From: Auanema rhodensis
Lineage: Eukaryota; Animalia; Nematoda
Direction of reading: 5' to 3'
NCBI GenBank assembly: GCA_964057225.1
Contig: OZ059900.1
Coordinates: 15,934,001 to 15,998,000, forward strand
Length of the DNA: 64,000 nucleotides
The notes under the pieces are model-generated. The model did not search any database. It was not told the origin of the DNA and saw only the letters and a program-made list of their open reading frames with translations. Positions 1 through 11,354 of this stretch are shown here, piece after piece. Positions within the stretch are counted from its first letter, which is position 1. Each line of letters begins with the position of its first letter. The position numbers and the translations under genes are program-made.

Positions 1-1710
1 TCGTTGCATTTGACGACTCATATGAACAAAAATCGATTTAATCAATATTAGCCATAAGGGGCGTGCCCTCAGAATATGCTAATTTCCTTAATTTTCTAAC
101 CCCTGTTTTTTTGTCGTGAAAGTGGAACTAGACGTTGTAGGAACAATTTTGAGCTAGGTTTCATTGACATTGCATGAGTTTGAACACATGAAATCGTAAG
201 TCAAAACCTTGTTTACAGCGAAATTTCCAAAAACTCGTTTTCCAGCATAATAAAATATTTCTCATGGGAAATACTGTGTTTTTGTATTTTTTTAGTGTTC
301 AGCATGTAAAATGCTTCATTTTAGTATGTAACACGCTGAAATTAATTGCATTTGACGACTCATATGAACAAAAATCGATTTAATCAATATTAGCCATAAG
401 GGGCGTGCCCTCAGAATATGCTAATTTCCTTAATTTTCTAACCCCTGTTTTTTTGTCGTGAAAGTGGAACTAGACGTTGTACGAACAATTTTGAGCTAGG
501 TTTCATTGACATTGCATGAGTTTGAACACATGAAATCGTAAGTCAAAACCTTGTTTACAGCGAAATTTCCAAAAACTGGTTTTCCAGCATAATAAAATAT
601 TTCTCATGGGAAATACTGTGTTTTTGTATTTTTCTAGTGTTCAGCATGTGAAATGCTTCATTTTAGTATGTAACACGCTGAAATTCGTTGCATTTGACGA
701 CTCATATGAACAAAAATCGATTTAATCAATATTAGCCATAAGGGGCGTGCCCTCAGAATATGCTAATTTCCTTAATTTTCTAACCCCTGTTTTTTTGTCG
801 TGAAAGTGGAACTAGACGTTGTACGAACAATTTTGAGCTAGGTTTTATTGACATTGCATGAGTTTGAACACATGAAATCGTAAGTCAAAACCTTGTTTAC
901 AGCGAAATTTCCAAAAACTGGTTTTCCAGCATAATAAAATATTTCTCATGGGAAATACTGTGTTTTTGTATTTTTCTAGTGTTCAGCATGTGAAATGCTT
1001 CATTTTAGTATGTAACACGCTGAAATTCGTTGCATTTGACGACTCATATGAACAAAAATCGATTTAATCAATATTAGCCATAAGGGGCGTGCCCTCAGAA
1101 TATGCTAATTTCCTTAATTTTCTAACCCCTGTTTTGTTGTCGTGAAAGTGGAACTAGACGTTGTAGGAACAATTTTGAGCTAGGTTTCATTGACATTGCA
1201 TGAGTTTGAACACATGAAATCGTAAGTCAAAACCTTGTTTACAGCGAAATTTCCAAAAACTGGTTTTCCAGCATAATAAAATATTTCTCATGGGAAATAC
1301 TGTGTTTTTGTATTTTTCTAGTGTTCAGCATGTGAAATGCTTCATTTTAGTATGTAACACGCTGAAATTCGTTGCATTTGACGACTCATATGAACAAAAA
1401 TCGATTTAATCAATATTAGCCATAAGGGGCGTGCCCTCAGAATATGCTAATTTCCTTAATTTTCTAACCCCTGTTTTGTTGTCGTGAAAGTGGAACTAGA
1501 CGTTGTAGGAACAATTTTGAGCTAGGTTTCATTGACATTGCATGAGTTTGAACACATGAAATCGTAAGTCAAAACCTTGTTTACAGCGAAATTTCCAAAA
1601 ACTGGTTTTCCAGCATAATAAAATATTTCTCATGGGAAATACTGTGTTTTTGTATTTTTCTAGTGTTCAGCATGTAAAATGCTTCATTTTAGTATGTAAC
1701 ACGCTGAAAT

Positions 1711-3076
1711 TCGTTGCATTTGACGACTCATATGAACAAAAATCGATTTAATCAATATTAGCCATAAGGGGCTTGCCCTCAGAATATGCTAATTTCCTTA
1801 ATTTTCTAACCCCTGTTTTTTGTCGTGAAAGTGGAACTAGACGTTGTAGGAACAATTTTGAGCTAGGTTTCATTGACATTGCATGAGTTTGAACACATGA
1901 AATCGTAAGTCAAAACCTTGTTTACAGCGAAATTTCCAAAAACTGGTTTTCCAGCATAATAAAATATTTCTCATGGGAAATACTGTGTTTTTGTATTTTT
2001 ATAGTGTTCAGCATGTAAAATGCTTCATTTTAGTATGTAACACGCTGAAATTCGTTGCATTTGACGACTCATATGAACAAAAATCGATTTAATCAATATT
2101 AGCCATAAGGGGCGTGCCCTCAGAATATGCTAATTTCCTTAATTTTCTAACCCCTGTTTTTTTGTCGTGAAAGTGAAACTAGACGTTGTACGAACAATTT
2201 TGAGCTAGGTTTTATTGACATTGCATGAGTTTGAACACATGAAATCGTAAGTCAAAACCTTGTTTACAGCGAAATTTCCAAAAACTGGTTTTCCAGCATA
2301 ATAAAATATTTCTCATGAGAAATACTGTGTTTTTGTATTTTTCTAGTGTTCAGCATGTAAAATGCTTCATTTTAGTATGTAACACGCTGAAATTCGTTGC
2401 ATTTGACGACTCATATGAACAAAAATCGATTTAATCAATATTAGCCATAAGGGGCGTGCCCTCAGAATATGCTAATTTCCTTAATTTTCTAACCCCTGTT
2501 TTTTGTCGTGAAAGTGGAACTAGACGTTGTAGGAACAATTTTGAGCTAGGTTTCATTGACATTGCATGAGTTTGAACACATGAAATCGTAAGTCAAAACC
2601 TTGTTTACAGCGAAATTTCCAAAAACTGGTTTTCCAGCATAATAAAATATTTCTCATGGGAAATACTGTGTTTTTGTATTTTTATAGTGTTCAGCATGTA
2701 AAATGCTTCATTTTAGTATGTAACACGCTGAAATTCGTTGCATTTGACGACTCATATGAACAAAAATCGATTTAATCAATATTAGCCATAAGGGGCGTGC
2801 CCTCAGAATATGCTAATTTCCTTAATTTTCTAACCCCTGTTTTTTTGTCGTGAAAGTGAAACTAGACGTTGTACGAACAATTTTGAGCTAGGTTTTATTG
2901 ACATTGCATGAGTTTGAACACATGAAATCGTAAGTCAAAACCTTGTTTACAGCGAAATTTCCAAAAACTGGTTTTCCAGCATAATAAAATATTTCTCATG
3001 AGAAATACTGTGTTTTTGTATTTTTCTAGTGTTCAGCATGTAAAATGCTTCATTTTAGTATGTAACACGCTGAAAT
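1711..3076 (+). repeat. 2-monomer duplication (683 bp)
   Basis: A T6 monomer followed by an AAGTGAAACT/GGTTTTATTG/CATGAGA monomer occurs twice (2176/2859). Confidence 0.85.
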
Positions 3077-4449
3077 TCGTTGCATTTGACGACTCATATG
3101 AACAAAAATCGATTTAATCAATATTAGCCATAAGGGGCGTGCCCTCAGAATATGCTAATTTCCTTAATTTTCTAACCCCTGTTTTTTTGTCGTGAAAGTG
3201 GAACTAGACGTTGTACGAACAATTTTGAGCTAGGTTTCATTGACATTGCATGAGTTTGAACACATGAAATCGTAAGTCAAAACCTTGTTTACAGCGAAAT
3301 TTCCAAAAACTGGTTTTCCAGCATAATAAAATATTTCTCATGGGAAATACTGTGTTTTTGTATTTTTATAGTGTTCAGCATGTAAAATGTTTCATTTTAG
3401 TATGTAACACGCTGAAATTCGTTGCATTTGACGACTCATATGAACAAAAATCGATTTAATCAATATTAGCCATAAAGGGCGTGCCCTCAGAATATGCTAA
3501 TTTCCTTAATTTTCTAACCCCTGTTTTTTTGTCGTGAAAGTGGAACTAGACGTTGTAGGAACAATTTTGAGCTAGGTTTCATTGACATTGCATGAGTTTG
3601 AACACATGAAATCGTAAGTCAAAACCTTGTTTACAGCGAAATTTCCAAAAACTCGTTTTCCAGCATAATAAAATATTTCTCATGGGAAATACTGTGTTTT
3701 TGTATTTTTTTAGTGTTCAGCATGTAAAATGCTTCATTTTAGTATGTAACACGCTGAAATTAATTGCATTTGACGACTCATATGAACAAAAATCGATTTA
3801 ATCAATATTAGCCATAAGGGGCGTGCCCTCAGAATATGCTAATTTCCTTAATTTTCTAACCCCTGTTTTTTTGTCGTGAAAGTGGAACTAGACGTTGTAC
3901 GAACAATTGTGAGCTAGGTTTCATTGACATTGCATGAGTTTGAACACATGAAATCGTAAGTCAAAACCTTGTTTACAGCGAAATTTCCAAAAACTGGTTT
4001 TCCAGCATAATAAAATATTTCTCATGGGAAATACTGTGTTTTTGTATTTTTCTAGTGTTCAGCATGTGAAATGCTTCATTTTAGTATGTAACACGCTGAA
4101 ATTCGTTGCATTTGACGACTCATATGAACAAAAATCGATTTAATCAATATTAGCCATAAGGGGCGTGCCCTCAGAATATGCTAATTTCCTTAATTTTCTA
4201 ACCCCTGTTTTTTTGTCGTGAAAGTGGAACTAGACGTTGTACGAACAATTTTGAGCTAGGTTTTATTGACATTGCATGAGTTTGAACACATGAAATCGTA
4301 AGTCAAAACCTTGTTTACAGCGAAATTTCCAAAAACTGGTTTTCCAGCATAATAAAATATTTCTCATGGGAAATACTGTGTTTTTGTATTTTTCTAGTGT
4401 TCAGCATGTGAAATGCTTCATTTTAGTATGTAACACGCTGAAATTCGTT

Positions 4450-7400
4450 GCATTTGACGACTCATATGAACAAAAATCGATTTAATCAATATTAGCCATA
4501 AGGGGCGTGCCCTCAGAATATGCTAATTTCCTTAATTTTCTAACCCCTGTTTTGTTGTCGTGAAAGTGGAACTAGACGTTGTAAGAACAATTTTGAGCTA
4601 GGTTTCATTGACATTGCATGAGTTTGAACACATGAAATCGTAAGTCAAAACCTTGTTTACAGCGAAATTTCCAAAAACTGGTTTTCCAGCATAATAAAAT
4701 ATTTCTCATGGGAAATACTGTGTTTTTGTATTTTTATAGTGTTCAGCATGTAAAATGCTTCATTTTAGTATGTAACACGCTGAAATTCGTTGCATTTGAC
4801 GACTCATATGAACAAAAATCGATTTAATCAATATTAGCCATAAGAGGCGTGCCCTCAGAATATGCTAATTTCCTTAATTTTCTAACCCCTGTTTTTTTGT
4901 CGTGAAAGTGGAACTAGACGTTGTAGGAACAATTTTGAGCTAGGTTTCATTGACATTGCATGAGTTTGAACACATGAAATCGTAAGTCAAAACCTTGTTT
5001 ACAGCGAAATTTCCAATAACTGGTTTTCCAGCATAATAAAATATTTCTCATGGGAAATACTGTGTTTTTGTATTTTTTCAGTGTTCAGCATGTGAAATGC
5101 TTCATTTTAGTATGTAACACGCTGAAATTCGTTGCATTTGACGACTCATATGAACAAAAATCGATTTAATCAATATTAGCCATAAGGGGCGTGCCCTCAG
5201 AATATGCTAATTTCCTTAATTTTCTAACCCCTGTTTTGTTGTCGTGAAAGTGGAACTAGACGTTGTAGGAACAATTTTGAGCTAGGTTTCATTGACATTG
5301 CATGAGTTTGAACACATGAAATCGTAAGTCAAAACCTTGTTTACAGCGAAATTTCCAAAAACTGGTTTTCCAGCATAATAAAATATTTCTCATGGGAAAT
5401 ACTGTGTTTTTGTATTTTTCTAGTGTTCAGCATGTAAAATGCTTCATTTTAGTATGTAACACGCTGAAATTCGTTTCATTTGACGACTCATATGAACAAA
5501 AATCGATTTAATCAATATTAGCCATAAGGGGCGTGCCCTCAGAATATGCTAATTTCCTTAATTTTCTAACCCCTGTTTTTTTGTCGTGAAAGTGGAACTA
5601 GACGTTGTAGGAACAATTTTGAGCTAGGTTTCATTGACATTGCATGAGTTTGAACACATGAAATCGTAAGTCAAAACCTTGTTTACAGCGAAATTTCCAA
5701 AAACTGGTTTTCCAGCATAATAAAATATTTCTCATGGGAAATACTGTGTTTTTGTATTTTTTTAGTGTTCAGCATGTAAAATGCTTCATTTTAGTATGTA
5801 ACACGCTGAAATTAATTGCATTTGACGACTCATATGAACAAAAATCGATTTAATCAATATTAGCCATAAGGGGCGTGCCCTCAGAATATGCTAATTTCCT
5901 TAATTTTCTAACCCCTGTTTTTTTGTCGTGAAAGTGGAACTAGACGTTGTACGAACAATTTTGAGCTAGGTTTCATTGACATTGCATGAGTTTGAACACA
6001 TGAAATCGTAAGTCAAAACCTTGTTTACAGCGAACTTTCCAAAAACTGGTTTTCCAGCATAATAAAATATTTCTTATGGGAAATACTGTGTTTTTGTATT
6101 TTTCTAGTGTTCAGCATGTAAAATACTTCATTTTAGTATAAAACACGCTGAAATTCGTTGCATTTGACGACTCATATGAACAAAAATCGATTTAATCAAT
6201 ATTAGCCATAAGGGGCGTGCCCTCAGAATATGCTAATTTCCTTAATTTTCTAACCCCTGTTTTGTTGTCGTGAAAGTGGAACTAGACGTTGTAGGAACAA
6301 TTTTGAGCTAGGTTTCATTGACATTGCATGAGTTTGAACACATGAAATCGTAAGTCAAAACCTTGTTTACAGCGAAATTTCCAAAAACTGGTTTTCCAGC
6401 ATAATAAAATATTTCTCATGGGAAATACTGTGTTTTTGTATTTTTATAGTGTTCAGCATGTAAAATGCTTCATTTTAGTATGTAACACGCTGAAATTCGT
6501 TGCATTTGACGACTCATATGAACAAAAATCGATTTAATCAATATTAGCCATAAGAGGCGTGCCCTCAGAATATGCTAATTTCCTTAATTTTCTAACCCCT
6601 GTTTTTTTGTCGTGAAAGTGGAACTAGACGTTGTAGGAACAATTTTGAGCTAGGTTTCATTGACATTGCATGAGTTTGAACACATGAAATCGTAAGTCAA
6701 AACCTTGTTTACAGCGAAATTTCCAAAAACTGGTTTTCCAGCATAATAAAATATTTCTCATGAGAAATACTGTGTTTTTGTATTTTTTCAGTGTTCAGCA
6801 TGTGAAATGCTTCATTTTAGTATGTAACACGCTGAAATTCGTTGCATTTGACGACTCATATGAACAAAAATCGATTTAATCAATATTAGCCATAAGGGGC
6901 GTGCCCTCAGAATATGCTAATTTCCTTAATTTTCTAACCCCTGTTTTGTTGTCGTGAAAGTGGAACTAGACGTTGTAGGAACAATTTTGAGCTAGGTTTC
7001 ATTGACATTGCATGAGTTTGAACACATGAAATCGTAAGTCAAAACCTTGTTTACAGCGAAATTTCCAAAAACTGGTTTTCCAGCATAATAAAATATTTCT
7101 CATGGGAAATACTGTGTTTTTGTATTTTTCTAGTGTTCAGCATGTAAAATGCTTCATTTTAGTATGTAACACGCTGAAATTCGTTGCATTTGACGACTCA
7201 TATGAACAAAAATCGATTTAATCAATATTAGCCATAAGGGGCGTGCCCTCAGAATATGCTAATTTCCTTAATTTTCTAACCCCTGTTTTTTTGTCGTGAA
7301 AGTGGAACTAGACGTTGTAGGAACAATTTTGAGCTAGGTTTCATTGACATTGCATGAGTTTGAACACATGAAATCGTAAGTCAAAACCTTGTTTACAGCG

Positions 7401-7860
7401 AAATTTCCAAAAACTGGTTTTCCAGCATAATAAAATATTTCTCATGGGAAATACTGTGTTTTTGTATTTTTTTAGTGTTCAGCATGTAAAATGCTTCATT
7501 TTAGTATGTAACACGCTGAAATTAATTGCATTTGACGACTCATATGAACAAAAATCGATTTAATCAATATTAGCCATAAGGGGCGTGCCCTCAGAATATG
7601 CTAATTTCCTTAATTTTCTAACCCCTGTTTTTTTGTCGTGAAAGTGGAACTAGACGTTGTACGAACAATTTTGAGCTAGGTTTCATTGACATTGCATGAG
7701 TTTGAACACATGAAATCGTAAGTCAAAACCTTGTTTACAGCGAACTTTCCAAAAACTGGTTTTCCAGCATAATAAAATATTTCTCATGGGAAATACTGTG
7801 TTTTTGTATTTTTCTAGTGTTCAGCATGTGAAATGCTTCATTTTAGTATGTAACACGCTG
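4450..7860 (+). repeat. 5-monomer higher-order repeat (1710 bp, 2 copies)
   Basis: TAAGAGGC 4845/6555, TTTTCAGTG 5079/6789, ATTAATT ~5813/7523 and GAACTTTCC 6035/7745 are all 1710 bp apart. Confidence 0.85.
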
Positions 7861-7864
7861 AAAT

Positions 7865-8148
7865 TCGTTGCATTTGACGACTCATATGAACAAAAATCGA
7901 TTTAATCAATATTAGCCATAAGGGGCGTGCCCTCAGAATATGCTAATTTCCTTAATTTTCTAACCCCTGTATTGTTGTCGTTAAAGTGGAACTAGACGTT
8001 GTAGGAACAATTTTGAGCTAGGTTTCAAATTTCCAAAAACTGGTTTTCCAGCATAATAAAATATTTCTCATGGGAAATACTGTGTTTTTGTATTTTTCTA
8101 GTGTTCAGCATGTAAAATGCTTCATTTTAGTATGTAACACGCTGAAAT
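7865..8148 (+). repeat. Truncated 284-bp monomer with 58-bp internal deletion preceding each inversion (junctions 8026/8027, 10414/10415, 15539/15540, 17928/17929)
   Basis: GCTAGGTTTC joins directly to AAATTTCCAAAAAC, removing monomer positions 163-220. Also carries the private variant CCTGTATTGTTGTCGTTAAAG. Confidence 0.95.
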
Positions 8149-9307
8149 ACAAAAACACAGTATTTCCCATGAGAAATATTTTATTATGCTGGAAAACCAG
8201 TTTTTGGAAATTTCGCTGTAAACAAGGTTTTGACTTACGATTTCATGTGTTCAAACTCATGCAATGTCAATGAAACCTAGCTCAAAATTGTTCGTACAAC
8301 GTCTAGTTCCACTTTCACGACAAAAAAACAGGGGTTAGAAAATTAAGGAAATTAGCATATTCTGAGGGCACGCCCCTTATGGCTAATATTGATTAAATCG
8401 ATTTTTGTTCATATGAGTCGTCAAATGCAACTAATTTCAGCGTGTTACATACTAAAATGAAGCATTTTACATGCTGAACACTAGAAAAATACAAAAACAC
8501 AGTATTTCCCATGAGAAATATTTTATTATGCTGGAAAACCAGTTTTTGGAAATTTCGCTGTAAACAAGGTTTTGACTTACGATTTCATGTGTTCAAACTC
8601 ATGCAATGTCAATGAAACCTAGCTCAAAATTGTTCCTACAACGTCTAGTTCCACTTTCACGACAAAAAACAGGGGTTAGAAAATTAAGGAAATTAGCATA
8701 TTCTGAGGGCACGCCCCTTATGGCTAATATTGATTAAATCGATTTTTGTTCATATGAGTCGTCAAATGCAACGAATTTCAGCGTGTTACATACTAAAATG
8801 AAGCATTTTACATGCTGAACACTAGAAAAATACAAAAACACAGTATTTCCCATGAGAAATATTTTATTATGCTGGAAAACCAGTTTTTGGAAATTTCGCT
8901 GTAAACAAGGTTTTGACTTACGATTTCATGTGTTCAAACTCATGCAATGTCAATGAAACCTAGCTCAAAATTGTTCCTACAACGTCTAGTTCCACTTTCA
9001 CGACAACAAAACAGGGGTTAGAAAATTAAGGAAATTAGCATATTCTGAGGGCACGCCCCTTATGGCTAATATTGATTAAATCGATTTTTGTTCATATGAG
9101 TCGTCAAATGCAACGAATTTCAGCGTGTTACATACTAAAATGAAGCATTTCACATGCTGAACACTAGAAAAATACAAAAACACAGTATTTCCTATGAGAA
9201 ATATTTTATTATGCTGGAAAACCAGTTTTTTGAAATTTCGCTGTAAACAAGGTTTTGACTTACGATTTCATGTGTTCAAACTCATGCAATGTCAATGAAA
9301 CCTAGCT
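8145..9307 (-). repeat. Inverted satellite block 1 (1163 bp = 138 bp + 3 monomers, one of them 341 bp)
   Basis: Reads as the reverse complement of the monomer from AAATACAAAAACACAG (8145) to AAACCTAGCT (9307). Confidence 0.97.
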
Positions 9308-9317
9308 TTTTTTCTTT
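9308..9317 (+). other. T-rich 10-nt filler at the inversion exit junction (also 11355-11364, 16821-16830, 19210-19219)
   Basis: CCTAGCT|TTTTTTCTTT|TTTTCTAACCCCTG. The filler does not match the monomer consensus; forward monomer resumes at position 92. Confidence 0.88.
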
Positions 9318-10532
9318 TTTTCTAACCCCTGTTTTTTTGTCGTGAAAGTGGAACTAGACGTTGTGCGAACAATTTTGAGCTAGGTTTCATTGACATTGCA
9401 TGAGTTTGAACACATGAAATCGTAAGTCAAAACCTTGTTTACAGCGAAATTTCCAAAAACTGGTTTTCCAGCATGATAAAATATTTCTCATGGGAAATAC
9501 TGTGTTTTTGTATTTTTCTAGTGTTCAGCATGTAAAATGCTTCATTTTAGTATGTAACACGCTGAAATTCGTTGCATTTGACGACTCATATGAACAAAAA
9601 TCGATTTAATCAATATTAGCCATAAGGGGCGTGCCCTCAGAATATGCTAATTTCCTTAATTTTCTAACCCCTGTTTTTTTGTCGTGAAAGTGGAACTAGA
9701 CGTTGTACAAACAATTTTGAGCTAGGTTTCATTGACATTGCATGAGTTTGAACACATGAAATCGTAAGTCAAAACCTTGTTTACAGCGAAATTTCCAAAA
9801 ACTGGTTTTCCAGCATGATAAAATATTTCTCATGGGAAATACTGTGTTTTTGTATTTTTCTAGTGTTCAGCATGTAAAATGCTTCATTTTAGTATGTAAC
9901 ACGCTGAAATTCGTTGCATTTGACGACTCATATGAACAAAAATCGATTTAATCAATATTAGCCATAAGGGGCGTGCCCTCAGAATATGCTAATTTCCTTA
10001 ATTTTCTACCCCCTGTTTTTTTGTCGTGAAAGTGGAACTAGACGTTGTACAAACAATTTTGAGCTAGGTTTCATTGACATTGCATGAGTTTGAACACATG
10101 AAATCGTAAGTCAAAACCTTGTTTACAGCGAAATTTCCAAAAACTGGTTTTCCAGCATAATAAAATATTTCTCATGAGAAATACTGTGTTTTTGTATTTT
10201 TCTAGTGTTCAGCATGTGAAATGCTTCATTTTAGTATGTAACACGCTGAAATTCGTTGCATTTGACGACTCATATGAACAAAAATCGATTTAATCAATAT
10301 TAGCCATAAGGGGCGTGCCCTCAGAATATGCTAATTTCCTTAATTTTCTAACCCCTGTATTGTTGTCGTTAAAGTGGAACTAGACGTTGTAGGAACAATT
10401 TTGAGCTAGGTTTCAAATTTCCAAAAACTGGTTTTCCAGCATAATAAAATATTTCTCATGGGAAATACTGTGTTTTTGTATTTTTCTAGTGTTCAGCATG
10501 TAAAATGCTTCATTTTAGTATGTAACACGCTG

Positions 10533-11354
10533 AAATACAAAAACACAGTATTTCCCATGAGAAATATTTTATTATGCTGGAAAACCAGTTTTTGGAAATT
10601 TCGCTGTAAACAAGGTTTTGACTTACGATTTCATGTGTTCAAACTCATGCAATGTCAATGAAACCTAGCTCAAAATCGTTCGTACAACGTCTAGTTCCAC
10701 TTTCACGACAAAAAAACAGGGGTTAGAAAATTAAGGAAATTAGCATATTCTGAGGGCACGCCCCTTATGGCTAATATTGATTAAATCGATTTTTGTTCAT
10801 ATGAGTCGTCAAATGCAACGAATTTCAGCGTGTTACATACTAAAATGAAGCATTTTACATGCTGAACACTAGAAAAATACAAAAACACAGTATTTCCCAT
10901 GAGAAATATTTTATTATGCTGGAAAACCAGTTTTTGGAAATTTCGCTGTAAACAAGGTTTTGACTTACGATTTCATGTGTTCAAACTCATGCAATGTCAA
11001 TGAAACCTAGCTCAAAATTGTTCCTACAACGTCTAGTTCCACTTTCACGACAACAAAACAGGGGTTAGAAAATTAAGGAAATTAGCATATTCTGAGGGCA
11101 CGCCCCTTATGGCTAATATTGATTAAATCGATTTTTGTTCATATGAGTCGTCAAATGCAACGAATTTCAGCGTGTTACATACTAAAATGAAGCATTTCAC
11201 ATGCTGAACACTAGAAAAATACAAAAACACAGTATTTCCTATGAGAAATATTTTATTATGCTGGAAAACCAGTTTTTTGAAATTTCGCTGTAAACAAGGT
11301 TTTGACTTACGATTTCATGTGTTCAAACTCATGCAATGTCAATGAAACCTAGCT
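10533..11354 (-). repeat. Inverted satellite block 2 (822 bp = 138 bp + 2 monomers)
   Basis: Same entry and exit junction sequences as block 1, offset 2388 bp; one monomer shorter. Confidence 0.97.

Larger units (their letters stand above)
1..8148 (+). repeat. Forward monomers, 'left' variant domain
   Basis: Head-to-tail 342-bp units (two 341-bp units with a T6 run near 1818 and 2501) carrying GTAGGAAC, GTTTTGTTGTCG, CATGTGAAA, ATTAATTGCA and TTTATAGTG variants. Confidence 0.95.

Noticed and set aside
96-104. Telomere-like CTAACCCCT
   Set aside because: Single motif per monomer, not tandem; expected by chance.
1-342. Tandem 5S rRNA, tRNA or snRNA gene repeat
   Set aside because: No recognisable 5S, tRNA cloverleaf or snRNA sequence in the monomer on either strand; an Rfam search would settle it.
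683-699. CENP-B-box-like ATTCGTTGCATTTGACG, and alpha-satellite dimer identity (342 = 2 x 171)
   Set aside because: It matches TTCG and the central A but lacks the essential CGGG. The monomer shows no clear 171-bp halves and I do not recognise it as alpha satellite.
8070-8273. 67-aa ORF, identical at 10458, 15583 and 17972
   Set aside because: It spans the fold-back junction and consists wholly of satellite sequence read forward then backward. No recognisable domain; identity between copies reflects recent duplication.
9308-9321. Retrotransposon poly(A) tail or terminator
   Set aside because: Only 14 nt and interrupted, with no element body, target-site duplication or upstream gene; better explained as junction filler.
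8027-9378. MITE or foldback transposon with terminal inverted repeats
   Set aside because: The arms are ordinary satellite sequence. There is no target-site duplication, unique internal sequence or transposase, and copies share flanks, indicating tandem duplication rather than transposition.
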